Virus record (IMG/VR): IMGVR_UViG_3300031993_000004
Span: 213,584-277,583 of that record
Length of the DNA stretch: 64,000 nt
Reading direction: 5' to 3' (one strand)
Origin: a virus
Taxonomy: Duplodnaviria; Caudoviricetes
Shown: in pieces, positions 54,901-64,000 of the stretch
How positions within the stretch are numbered: position 1 is the first letter of the stretch
Layout: the number at the start of each line of letters is the position of its first letter
Notes under the pieces: model-generated
The model's input: the letters and a program-made list of their open reading frames with translations, nothing else
What the model was told of the DNA's origin: nothing
The model's database searches: none
Position numbers and translations under genes: made by a program

Positions 54901-55527
54901 ATGGTCAAATTCAAAATCTTAGACGCATCACAATCGGATGTATCAGATCTGCTGGTAAAAGGCTGGCATATCATGATCTTCAGAGGGGATTCTTCATGTG
55001 AAGACTTCCTCGTCGTATCGAAGAAAGGAGTGAAGTTCTTTGTAAAGATCGTTGACAAATGGGGATATAACGTCATCGAGATTACAAAGTATATTGACGG
55101 TGTCAAAAAGGACATGAAGCAATTCTATGATCACAGGTGTGGACTCAATGGAACGTACAGTATTTCGGAAGGAAAGAGTGATGATCTGTCATATATGTTC
55201 TTCCGGAATGAAAGCTTGACAAAACTGATGGATGAGTTTGGTTTGAAGCGTGTGATGTTTCCGAGAGAATCGTGTGAACGATTTGAGAAGGACGTGTATC
55301 TGGATATGGATAAGTCAATGCAATATAATGGCAACGCATATAAGAATATCCCGTTCTTCCATACAGACGGCGAGTATGCACAGGTTGAGTCTGAAGTTCC
55401 TGGAAGTGCGAAATGGCATATCTCGAATGCGAAATACATCTATGAGTATAACACAAAGACGCTGACAATCCCCCAGTTGTACAACGTTGAAGATGTCAGA
55501 CAGTGGCTCCATGAATTAACCGAATAA
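54901..55527 (+). CDS. Hypothetical early protein
   Basis: ATG 54901 after GAAAGGA. Confidence 0.7.
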   Translation: MVKFKILDASQSDVSDLLVKGWHIMIFRGDSSCEDFLVVSKKGVKFFVKIVDKWGYNVIEITKYIDGVKKDMKQFYDHRCGLNGTYSISEGKSDDLSYMFFRNESLTKLMDEFGLKRVMFPRESCERFEKDVYLDMDKSMQYNGNAYKNIPFFHTDGEYAQVESEVPGSAKWHISNAKYIYEYNTKTLTIPQLYNVEDVRQWLHELTE

Positions 55528-55543
55528 ACAAGGAGGGTTTTCG

Positions 55544-56707
55544 ATGGGAATTGAATACAATTATTCCGTCGATAAGTTGGATGATCTTGTATCGAAAATA
55601 TATGAGCAAGGTCTCTCTCCGATCATGACAGACGATCTTCGTGCAGAAGTTGAGTTACGATATCAGGAACTGATGCATCCTGATGTGGATGACGATGATC
55701 CGGATTATGAGGATTTTCGTACCGCAAAACAGAAGCATGAAGACGCGATGCGGAATATCGAAGCACAACGACGGAAGTCTCATTCCAGAAATGTCATGAT
55801 CATTGAATTGACGGAAGAACAAAAGGCGGAAATCCGAGCGTCGGTTTCGACGGCGTATGTGAGATCGAATCCCAACTCCGAATATCATATTCCGGATTCT
55901 GTGTTGAATGAAGATGCGGAACGCGCACGTGTCATGAAACAGCTGCAGAGTCTGGGTAAAGTATATTATCATCAGGAAGACTTCAGGAATGCAATCAGAA
56001 TCATTACGAATGCAATTGAATTCTCTCTGAGAAACGATTATCCGTGGATGACATATGAAGAAGCCCGCAAAGAATATGAAGCAGGCAGAATCAAATTCAC
56101 GTATATGACGCTTCCAAGATTGCTGATTGATTATAATACCGAGATTTCGGATCCGACTGTTCTGAAGGGTGTTGTTACGGGAGAGATCAATCTTATCGAC
56201 AAGGATCAGGAACCTGTCAAGAAGAAAAAGGTCAAATCGAATCCGGTCGTTATGCCGTATACAGTTATTACGCCGCAAGAACACGAGCAGATGGCGAGAA
56301 TTCATCAGATGGGTTACAACACCGACATCTCCACGATTCTCAAATCGTGTTCGACAATCTACAATCGATATGTTATTCCGACATCGTTCGCAGCGTCCAT
56401 CAAACGTGGAAAGGAAGCACCGCAGATCGACTGGATGCGACCGGATGCAGGTCAACTCTATTTCGATGCGTTGCATGATGTCAAACACAATCCAACGACA
56501 GATGTCATTAGTTTGTTGAACGCACATAATGATCGCAAGTTGAATCATGTGATTGGCAGTAGTCTGCGTGAATTCCCTGAACGATTCAAACCGGAAGAAC
56601 CGAAGAGTTTCAAAACAATTTCTACGACACTTGAACAGAATCAGGAAGCAGTTGCGATTGAATCCAAACTGCTGAATCTGATACGACAGACAAATCCGAA
56701 CGTGTGA
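55544..56707 (+). CDS. Hypothetical protein
   Basis: 387 aa, AGGGAGGG RBS. Confidence 0.78.
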   Translation: MGIEYNYSVDKLDDLVSKIYEQGLSPIMTDDLRAEVELRYQELMHPDVDDDDPDYEDFRTAKQKHEDAMRNIEAQRRKSHSRNVMIIELTEEQKAEIRASVSTAYVRSNPNSEYHIPDSVLNEDAERARVMKQLQSLGKVYYHQEDFRNAIRIITNAIEFSLRNDYPWMTYEEARKEYEAGRIKFTYMTLPRLLIDYNTEISDPTVLKGVVTGEINLIDKDQEPVKKKKVKSNPVVMPYTVITPQEHEQMARIHQMGYNTDISTILKSCSTIYNRYVIPTSFAASIKRGKEAPQIDWMRPDAGQLYFDALHDVKHNPTTDVISLLNAHNDRKLNHVIGSSLREFPERFKPEEPKSFKTISTTLEQNQEAVAIESKLLNLIRQTNPNV

Positions 56708-56781
56708 CAGAAAGGTAAGTCTATGGCACGTGAATAGGGCACGCGTGTCATATGACAACTTTTCCTTTCTGAAGATGGATA

Positions 56782-56804
56782 ATGGCGGGGCAATGCCCCG
56801 CCAT
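56782..56804. terminator. Bidirectional hairpin terminator
   Basis: ATGGCGGGGC-aat-GCCCCGCCAT followed by a T-rich tract. Confidence 0.78.
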
Positions 56805-56818
56805 ACATCCTTTCTTTT

Positions 56819-59800
56819 TTATTGAATTTTGATTGGGGTTGTCGCAGGAATTGTGGAATGCAACCACATTCCTTCAAAACGATCGTCGATAATCACGTGT
56901 GTGCCTGGTGCAATCATTGGAATGATTTGTTGTGTTTTCGAATCGTCGTCAATTACACCATGCCGTGACGTCGAGATATACAATGTGAAATACTCGTCAG
57001 ACAGTCCAGTTGCATACACATCAAAACCATCTTCGACTTTTTTCACATGCAGTGTTTGTGATTTTCCGATTGTGTCAACATACATTGCCATGTGTTTAAA
57101 CGGAGTGACACCATTCAAGCCTTCGAACTTCCAAGTCTTATCGAATTCTTTGAGGATTCGATTCGTTGGAATTTCTTGCAAGCCAAGATCAGCAGTTGAC
57201 AGATTAAACAATGGAACGCCGTTGATTGTCGGAACGTTATGAAGTTGATTGTACGATGTGATTTCCGCAGTTTGCACATACGACATGATGTCTGTTTCAT
57301 AATCATGGTTGTGAGAATCGCGAATCTTATCATACAGATACGTGTCCATATCCGATCTTGCATCTTGATAGAACATATATCCAACAGATTCCTTCACGAT
57401 GTTCGCACGGTGTTTCAACACGTCGAAATATGAATTGTATGTGTTTCCATCGAAATCAACGTAGATTGGTCCAACACGATTGATGACATTAACCGCGGCA
57501 TCATCGACGAGTTCTACAACATCGAGGTTTCGCAGAGATGTCATGTTCCGGAGTTGGAATGACGTTGGAGATAGAATGATGATTTGTTCCGGATCTGAAA
57601 CATATCGACCATTCACCCAGAATTCATACCGATCTCGTGTCAGTGGAGTCGAGATGTATCCAGTCAAATCGATCACGCCATCTTGCGGAATCTTCTGTGT
57701 TGCATACCGACAAATTCCAAGATAGTTTGAACGAATGGATTCGACATCAGTGTTTTCCGCCAAATCAATTGCCAAACGTTTCTGATGAGAATTCGTCAGC
57801 ACGTCACCAACAGGGTATCTGATGTCATGCTTTGTATCATAATAGTATACGTACAAATCATCATGACCAGAATTGTCGGTTTCCACTTGATGTGACGTGT
57901 TGCGTGCATACTGATTACACAGTTTCAACTTGGTTGTTGCATCCAGTGTTACACCGGATTTTGCAACCAGTGCAACGCGTTCCGGAATCAATCTGTACTC
58001 AGTGGCAACATCATCCAAATAAAACCAGTCAGGGATTTCGTCATATGTTGTCACAGTGGTCGTCACTGTGACATGATATACACCACCGATGATTGGATGC
58101 GAAGCATCCGGAACAATCGTGCATGTGTATGTATGATCTTCCACAGTTTCGACGGCGGCATTCTCAATTACGATTCCATCGTCTGTTGTAATTCCTTGGA
58201 ACATAACAGACGATGCGGTTTTATCAAATGATGCAAAGTCATCATTGTTTACTGCAATCAACGTAACTCGATGTCCTGGTTCCATATGATCTGCATCATG
58301 AATTGTGGAAACGGCATACGTTGTCGATGTCTTTGTCTGTGGGGTTGTGACATCAATCATTGGGTCTGGAATATAAATATCGAAGTCTTCATATGTGTAT
58401 TCATTTCCAGTTGTCACAACCTTCATATCACCAAAACGAATCGGAGATCCATTTGTGAAGTATCCACTGCGGGAAGGTCGTGTGAAAATGAATCCAGTTA
58501 CTTGACCGAAAGCGTCCCCGAGTGGTTCGAGTTTCGATACAGTATAGATTTCATTCTCGTCATAATGCTTTCTGAGTCGAATATGATCATATGGATCATA
58601 AACATCTGCGATATTCTCGCGGTATACAGTCAGCACGGGCTGGAAACGAACAACGCATTGCATGTCATTCATCGGAATGTCATCAAAGATGTCGGATGTC
58701 TCGTATACGAAATAAATCAGCAACCGTTTTGAACGATATGATTCATCGTTGAATACGATTTTCATTGTTGTCAACACATTATCAGTGTTTGCATCTGTAA
58801 CAGGATCGATCGAAACGTTGTCATCCGTCGTTGTCTCGATGCTGTACACAGTCGGATTCACCCATTCTTTTTTCTCCCAGTCATACAGCAGAACGTTCAA
58901 CTTGTCAGCATACGCGACATCCATGATGTATGGCTGGAATGTTCTTGCAAGATGAGCTCGTCCATTGTTGATATATACCAAGGCATCATCATATGCTCTG
59001 ATATTATACCACGTAGAAGCACATTCCAGTTGTTTCAGATACTCGTCCATGCGATTGGTATAGTCTGCCCAATATTGATACTTCAACTGCATGTCTTCAA
59101 TCTCGAGACGAATCTCTTGACGTCGTTGCTCGGTTTCGGCAAGTGGTAAGATATGCCACAGATAATTGATTCTAGAAACGCATTCCATCGAGTGCGTAAC
59201 ACCCTTGGAAGCTTCCGCTGCAAACACACGCCGTTCTTCAGCCCATACAGAATGATCATCTGGTTCAGAACGCAATACGGGATACAATTCGGGAAGAGTG
59301 TACGAGTTGAAGTTGTGATTGATCATATTGATCATGATGAAATTATCATCTGTCACAATCTGTCCATCGCCCATATACACGAAATGATGACGAACATCTG
59401 CAGATGTGTTGAATCGATTCGGAATGTCATTGGAAAACATCCATGCAATCCGTGCATACACATATTCCTGATTGGTAGAAACGAACACCGGATCGCCGGG
59501 GAGTTCTTCCGGGATCACAGTATCGGTTGATGGAATAATGTATGCTGGTCCCATATAGTCGGTGAATTCATCCAGGAAGTTCCGAATGTTATCATCGACG
59601 ACAGTGCATTCGATGTTTGTTGTGAGATACTTATGCATGACCGAATCATCATGAGTTTCGAACCATTTTGTATGCTGCAGGTCGACTTTTGCTTCAATAA
59701 AGCCTCTTTGTAATGAATGGTCGATTTTGGTGATAATAATAGGGAATAAAGACAAGCCATCATCTGTCACGGCATAAACCGTTTGGCCTTCGAAGTACTT

Positions 59801-62800
59801 ACCACCGATTGACGTGATCACATCATCAACCGGATCAATATGGAATACTTCGCATGCACGGAAATGCATGGTCTTCGTTGGTTTATTTCCTTCATCGACT
59901 ACTGACAAGCGGTTCATCTGCTCACATGACAAATACAACTTATCGATCGGACCTTGAAGTTCATTGATAGCAGGCGCGCAATATTCTGACATATGATCAA
60001 GCGGCGTGAAACGATTTCCACACAGCAGCTCATAATGCAGATCGGCATGACGTGTTTGAATAATGTCAGAACCATCGGTGTTGAATGATTCATGAACATT
60101 TTGAACTTCAATCGGAATGTTCTGTGCATTCAAGTATCTGGTAATTGTATTCCGGATGTCTGAAGATACACCAATCTTCGTGAACGAAACGGGGATGTCG
60201 TTGAACAATTGAATCTGTGCACCATCCGCCCCATAGATTGCGACTGAGACAGTCGTATCGGTTCCATCACAGAACGCGTTTTCACACGTTGGGATGATTT
60301 CGGTGATTTGATACGATACGCCTGTATATTCGTATTTCACCTGTGCAAGCATCGCATACGTTTTGTCTGCAACAGGATCAATATCCCATGCAACTTGTGG
60401 TGCATTCGACGAGATCTGAATCTCTGCATATGCCGGTTGGGAATTGATTTGCTGCGAGAATGGAATCTTATTCATGACAAAAAAGTCAAAGATCCAATTC
60501 TGCATTACATCATCGCAGTATGCCACCAACGTATCAAGATATCCCTGCAAGTTATCGAGCAGAGAATCCAACGTTGGTTGAATCTGTGAAATACGAGACA
60601 TTGCAACATCACGACAATCCAGAAGCTTGCTGACGGCAGCATTGATCGCTGACGCCGGATACAGACGATTTGGATTTGTTGACAGATAATCTGTGATATT
60701 TGTCAACGTATCGACATCGAGATTATTCATCCATTGCTCATATTCATACAAGCTCATCGATTGATTCAATTTTTTCATTTGCAGATAGAGACGACGAAGC
60801 CGACGGATTGCGTACCGATCGAATCCCGTATTTTCATACGTTTTCCGAATCATCGTCAATACATCTTGATTCGTTTTGATCAATGTGTATATGATGTCTC
60901 TGCCTTGCTCGTGAACGGTCAATGTTCCCTTTGCATAATTCAGCAGTGTTTCCAGATCAACCATCTTACCGTACACGGGATTGGATTCTACTGGAGAATT
61001 CATGAACCAGTCTACGATTGTTTCTGCATTTGTTGCATGGAGTTGCAATGCAGAACCGCGTCCGACGACGTATTTCCGGATATCATCTGTCCGCTTTTCG
61101 ACAGTGTGCTTGATGGATTTGATCAGAGACTGCGGATTCCAAGTCGTCTTGTAATTTGTGACGAGCCCAGAAATACCATCATATACTTCTGCCAAGAAGA
61201 TTGAAACCAGCGATGCAATTTGAGCATCATCGACATATGTTGTTGTCGGATGTGTTCCCATCACACTGTTGATTGAAGAAAATTTTAGATAGTATTCTTC
61301 ATCGATTCCTGTCGGCGTCAACATGTAAAATGGATTGTACGAGTTATACACATTGAAGACGAACGGATATCTGACAATATTTCCGCTCGGATCGTATGCG
61401 ACAAACGTCGATGGGTTCAACGGAAATTGAATACCAGCCCATGTTTTCAGATCAGAGGTATCTGGCAATGAAGATATGTCACGGTCCGGAGAAATTGTCG
61501 TTGTTGGAGAATAAGAAATAACAGAATAATTGATATATTCCGTCTTCAAATCCGGATGAAGATCTGACAACTTCAAATCGGAATAACGTGGATAGAACTT
61601 CTTATTGGTCAACATATGCAACAAGTAAGTTTGCATCCTATTCCGATGACCATAGAACAATGACAATGTATAGAAGAGGAAGTTGATTGCAAACGGAGCA
61701 CGCATTGATGTTTCTGTGTAATTGGCAATGTTATCGGTTGTCACATTTGACAATTCATAGTTCACATCAGAAGCATACTCAAGGAAGATATCACCTTCCA
61801 ATTTCTTCTTCATAATCTTTGCCAGAATTGAAAGCTCGGTTGTTTCATCATGCCGATGATAAAACATCTCGGACAATTTCATCAGGCGATTTGATACGTC
61901 CCAATATCTGACGAAACCGATGTGACGATCGACTTCCTTTGTGAATGCGTCAAAATCAATCAACTGCTCGTCTGTCATAGAATACATATTCTTCTCGACT
62001 GGATTCTCTGTATCCGTGTATAGATACATAAACTTGAACAGTTCATTTCCTTTCAGATCCTCATCGACGTAGAACACGTTGTCAATGCCGTGGAAGTGTT
62101 TGATGTTCGGCATATCGAATACCCAACACCCAGGATCTTCATCCGTGTTATACTTCATGGAGATGAAGCACTGTTCGGAGATTGGACGGTTGACACAAAC
62201 TTCCATCTCCGGGAAATAATCCGGAAGTGAGATCTTTCCGAGGGTAGAGAACGGAGCTTGTTGCAATGGTTCACAAATCTTCTTGATGAAGTTGTCATAG
62301 TTATCGCCATACAGCAGATCGAATTCTGCAGGATGCGTTTGGATACTCTGATAATTCGGCTCTGCATTTGACAATGTCAGGAATGATTCAATCGTTGTTC
62401 TGAAGTATTGAACCATATCCATCGAGATCAATGTTGTCAACATTGCAGCATTGGCATACTTTGTATATGCCAAATACAGCGTGTTATAGATATTTCGAGA
62501 CAATGCCAACACATTCACACGGTACCAACCTTCCAATGTTTGTTCTCCGTGGAACGTCGGGTTCTTTGTGTTTCTGCGTTGACCGAGCATCTTGACACCG
62601 TATGCCACTGATTGCAATGCTTTTGGAACAGATGCGCAATCCGTAATGATACGATGGCGATCGTCGTCTTGTGATACACGTGACAATGAGATTGGTGGTG
62701 TGCATACAGGGAGTTTCGCATCGATGCGAGTATCCTGTAAAACAATACGATCTTCATCACCGTTGTCAACATGGTTGTATCCTTCGGTATAGACGTATTT

Positions 62801-63802
62801 TGATGACATCATGTCATAATAGTTTACCGCAGGAAATACTCCAGGAACCTCGCGAAGATACTTCACGACATAGATTCGTAGCATTGCATTCTTCGATTTG
62901 AAGTGTTCCAAATCTGTCATGGTTTTCTGTTGCAGATTTGGAATCTGCAAACCACCTTCTGTGAAGTAACCGAAGTTCGGAGCGATTGTAACTTCCTTAC
63001 GAACGATAGAATCAGAGATTTGGATGATGCAGTTGCGTCCAATCAGATCCGTTGGATCAATCTTGAGATCTTCATATGAATAGATACGAGTCGGCCGGAT
63101 ATCATTCGTCGGAATTGTTGTTTCCAGAACGCGAGATTCATCCAGTTTCATGATCATCAGTTCGACATCCGAAGAATATCTCCATCCAATCTTGAACCGG
63201 AATCCCTGTTCTGAGATGCCAACATACCAATCATCTGACATGAATCCGTTTGTGCAACAGATAATCGTGAATCCCAGAATCTTTGAGATTTCATCCGAGC
63301 AGAATCTGTCTGACGGCATGAAATATTTGCTTTCCGTTTCATAGAACGCATGAAGCTTCTGACGAACAAATTCATCACGTTCTCCGAAATGCATTTGCGC
63401 AAACGGAACCTCGATGATATAGTAATGGTCATACTTGTCATGAGACACATGACGTTTATCATCCTGCCAATATTTGGCGAGAACGCAGTGGGTATTGACC
63501 ATCATATTACCCATAGCATTTTGCAACGTTGTGCGATACGTCTCGATCAGTGATTGATCAATATCTGCAAATGTATAATTCGATGTCTGCATCAAATCGT
63601 ACAGTTGTTGGAATCCTGCATAGTTTCCGACAATGTTATATGGTTGCTCATCTAACAGAGAAGACATGGTCTCTGCCAGTTTTTCATATCTGGCATTGAT
63701 CGTTTTCCACTTCGTATCCAGATATCCACGAGTACCATTCCGTGATCCTGTCAGATACTTATGGTATTTATAAAACCAATCATGGTAGTTCATAGTACTC
63801 AT
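56819..63802 (-). CDS. Very large virion structural protein, probably baseplate or tail
   Basis: 2327 aa, late promoter, AAAGGAG RBS, C-terminal YEFWVNGR beta-rich module. Confidence 0.7.
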   Translation of the reverse strand: MSTMNYHDWFYKYHKYLTGSRNGTRGYLDTKWKTINARYEKLAETMSSLLDEQPYNIVGNYAGFQQLYDLMQTSNYTFADIDQSLIETYRTTLQNAMGNMMVNTHCVLAKYWQDDKRHVSHDKYDHYYIIEVPFAQMHFGERDEFVRQKLHAFYETESKYFMPSDRFCSDEISKILGFTIICCTNGFMSDDWYVGISEQGFRFKIGWRYSSDVELMIMKLDESRVLETTIPTNDIRPTRIYSYEDLKIDPTDLIGRNCIIQISDSIVRKEVTIAPNFGYFTEGGLQIPNLQQKTMTDLEHFKSKNAMLRIYVVKYLREVPGVFPAVNYYDMMSSKYVYTEGYNHVDNGDEDRIVLQDTRIDAKLPVCTPPISLSRVSQDDDRHRIITDCASVPKALQSVAYGVKMLGQRRNTKNPTFHGEQTLEGWYRVNVLALSRNIYNTLYLAYTKYANAAMLTTLISMDMVQYFRTTIESFLTLSNAEPNYQSIQTHPAEFDLLYGDNYDNFIKKICEPLQQAPFSTLGKISLPDYFPEMEVCVNRPISEQCFISMKYNTDEDPGCWVFDMPNIKHFHGIDNVFYVDEDLKGNELFKFMYLYTDTENPVEKNMYSMTDEQLIDFDAFTKEVDRHIGFVRYWDVSNRLMKLSEMFYHRHDETTELSILAKIMKKKLEGDIFLEYASDVNYELSNVTTDNIANYTETSMRAPFAINFLFYTLSLFYGHRNRMQTYLLHMLTNKKFYPRYSDLKLSDLHPDLKTEYINYSVISYSPTTTISPDRDISSLPDTSDLKTWAGIQFPLNPSTFVAYDPSGNIVRYPFVFNVYNSYNPFYMLTPTGIDEEYYLKFSSINSVMGTHPTTTYVDDAQIASLVSIFLAEVYDGISGLVTNYKTTWNPQSLIKSIKHTVEKRTDDIRKYVVGRGSALQLHATNAETIVDWFMNSPVESNPVYGKMVDLETLLNYAKGTLTVHEQGRDIIYTLIKTNQDVLTMIRKTYENTGFDRYAIRRLRRLYLQMKKLNQSMSLYEYEQWMNNLDVDTLTNITDYLSTNPNRLYPASAINAAVSKLLDCRDVAMSRISQIQPTLDSLLDNLQGYLDTLVAYCDDVMQNWIFDFFVMNKIPFSQQINSQPAYAEIQISSNAPQVAWDIDPVADKTYAMLAQVKYEYTGVSYQITEIIPTCENAFCDGTDTTVSVAIYGADGAQIQLFNDIPVSFTKIGVSSDIRNTITRYLNAQNIPIEVQNVHESFNTDGSDIIQTRHADLHYELLCGNRFTPLDHMSEYCAPAINELQGPIDKLYLSCEQMNRLSVVDEGNKPTKTMHFRACEVFHIDPVDDVITSIGGKYFEGQTVYAVTDDGLSLFPIIITKIDHSLQRGFIEAKVDLQHTKWFETHDDSVMHKYLTTNIECTVVDDNIRNFLDEFTDYMGPAYIIPSTDTVIPEELPGDPVFVSTNQEYVYARIAWMFSNDIPNRFNTSADVRHHFVYMGDGQIVTDDNFIMINMINHNFNSYTLPELYPVLRSEPDDHSVWAEERRVFAAEASKGVTHSMECVSRINYLWHILPLAETEQRRQEIRLEIEDMQLKYQYWADYTNRMDEYLKQLECASTWYNIRAYDDALVYINNGRAHLARTFQPYIMDVAYADKLNVLLYDWEKKEWVNPTVYSIETTTDDNVSIDPVTDANTDNVLTTMKIVFNDESYRSKRLLIYFVYETSDIFDDIPMNDMQCVVRFQPVLTVYRENIADVYDPYDHIRLRKHYDENEIYTVSKLEPLGDAFGQVTGFIFTRPSRSGYFTNGSPIRFGDMKVVTTGNEYTYEDFDIYIPDPMIDVTTPQTKTSTTYAVSTIHDADHMEPGHRVTLIAVNNDDFASFDKTASSVMFQGITTDDGIVIENAAVETVEDHTYTCTIVPDASHPIIGGVYHVTVTTTVTTYDEIPDWFYLDDVATEYRLIPERVALVAKSGVTLDATTKLKLCNQYARNTSHQVETDNSGHDDLYVYYYDTKHDIRYPVGDVLTNSHQKRLAIDLAENTDVESIRSNYLGICRYATQKIPQDGVIDLTGYISTPLTRDRYEFWVNGRYVSDPEQIIILSPTSFQLRNMTSLRNLDVVELVDDAAVNVINRVGPIYVDFDGNTYNSYFDVLKHRANIVKESVGYMFYQDARSDMDTYLYDKIRDSHNHDYETDIMSYVQTAEITSYNQLHNVPTINGVPLFNLSTADLGLQEIPTNRILKEFDKTWKFEGLNGVTPFKHMAMYVDTIGKSQTLHVKKVEDGFDVYATGLSDEYFTLYISTSRHGVIDDDSKTQQIIPMIAPGTHVIIDDRFEGMWLHSTIPATTPIKIQ

Positions 63803-63827
63803 ATGGAGCAGCTCCTTTCATTTAAAG

Positions 63828-63841
63828 TTACAGAACCGTTT
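63828..63841 (-). promoter_or_regulatory. Putative late promoter AAACG-N6-TAA
   Basis: Minus strand AAACG GTTCTG TAA. Confidence 0.75.
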
Positions 63842-63869
63842 GTCGTCAGTAATCATGATTTCTGTATAT

Positions 63870-63877
63870 ATATTATT
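63870..63877 (+). promoter_or_regulatory. Putative early promoter ATATTATT
   Basis: Followed by a TGAAGG...CCTTCA hairpin and the conserved leader. Confidence 0.7.
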
Positions 63878-63914
63878 ATTATGAAGGAAGATAATATCAA
63901 CCTTCAAAGAAAAA

Positions 63915-63986
63915 TTGATTTAGGCGGTGCGAAGATCTGGCGCCGCCGCAACCTCGTAAGAGGAGAAAGTGAGGACCATTATGAAA
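63915..63986 (+). promoter_or_regulatory. Conserved structured 5' leader, copy 2
   Basis: TTGATTTAGGCGGTGCgaagatctgGCGCCGCCgcaaCCTCgtaaGAGGagaaagtgaggaccattATGAAA. Confidence 0.85.
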
Positions 63987-64000
63987 CGTTACACAGAAGA
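63981..64000 (+). CDS. Start of an early gene (MKRYTE...), truncated by the window edge
   Basis: ATG at the same position in the leader as for 26370..26936. Confidence 0.6.

Noticed and set aside
1-64000. Active stop-codon reassignment (code 15 or code 4)
   Set aside because: Code 11 gives dense, full-length genes. TGA is clearly used as a stop and no gene is broken by TAG.
1-64000. CRISPR array, tRNA or rRNA genes, IS elements
   Set aside because: I saw no regularly spaced repeats, cloverleaf or T-loop signatures, or transposase motifs. The GC hairpins are dispersed single copies.

Overview
This 64-kb window looks like part of a jumbo myophage genome of the phiKZ/AR9(PBS1)-like type that encodes its own multisubunit RNA polymerase. 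The host is probably a gut or rumen Firmicute, inferred from strong GGAGG RBSs, a Firmicute-phage-type holin, and DUF4376/CmpB-like tail accessory genes. The minus strand carries late virion genes: major capsid protein, prohead protease, gp25-like baseplate wedge, many internal-head proteins with [VFI]QE cleavage motifs, two split RNAP subunits, three tail-fibre proteins and a 2327-aa structural protein. The plus strand carries mostly early/replication genes: a split PolB (exonuclease plus motif A), GyrA/ParC, an SF2 helicase and a DHH phosphoesterase, plus an amidase. The most notable observations from the raw sequence are: (1) a 294-aa intein inserted immediately before the Zn-ligand Cys of the amidase; (2) a ~350-nt ORF-free structured RNA candidate after the beta' gene, with G-U pairs that work only on the minus strand; (3) a duplicated two-hairpin 5' leader module with pairing-preserving changes; (4) two phage promoter classes, AAAC[G/C]-N6-TAA (8 copies) and ATATTATT plus a 5' hairpin (5-6 copies), three times placed back-to-back at 27-28 nt; (5) a shared propeptide family and predicted virion-packaged M48-like and permuted NlpC/P60 hydrolases; (6) possible head-to-tail docking motifs in the three fibre proteins; (7) an inverted-repeat cluster that may be an origin or pac site; and (8) no TAG stop codons. 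All functional calls come from motif recognition by eye; no database searches were run.
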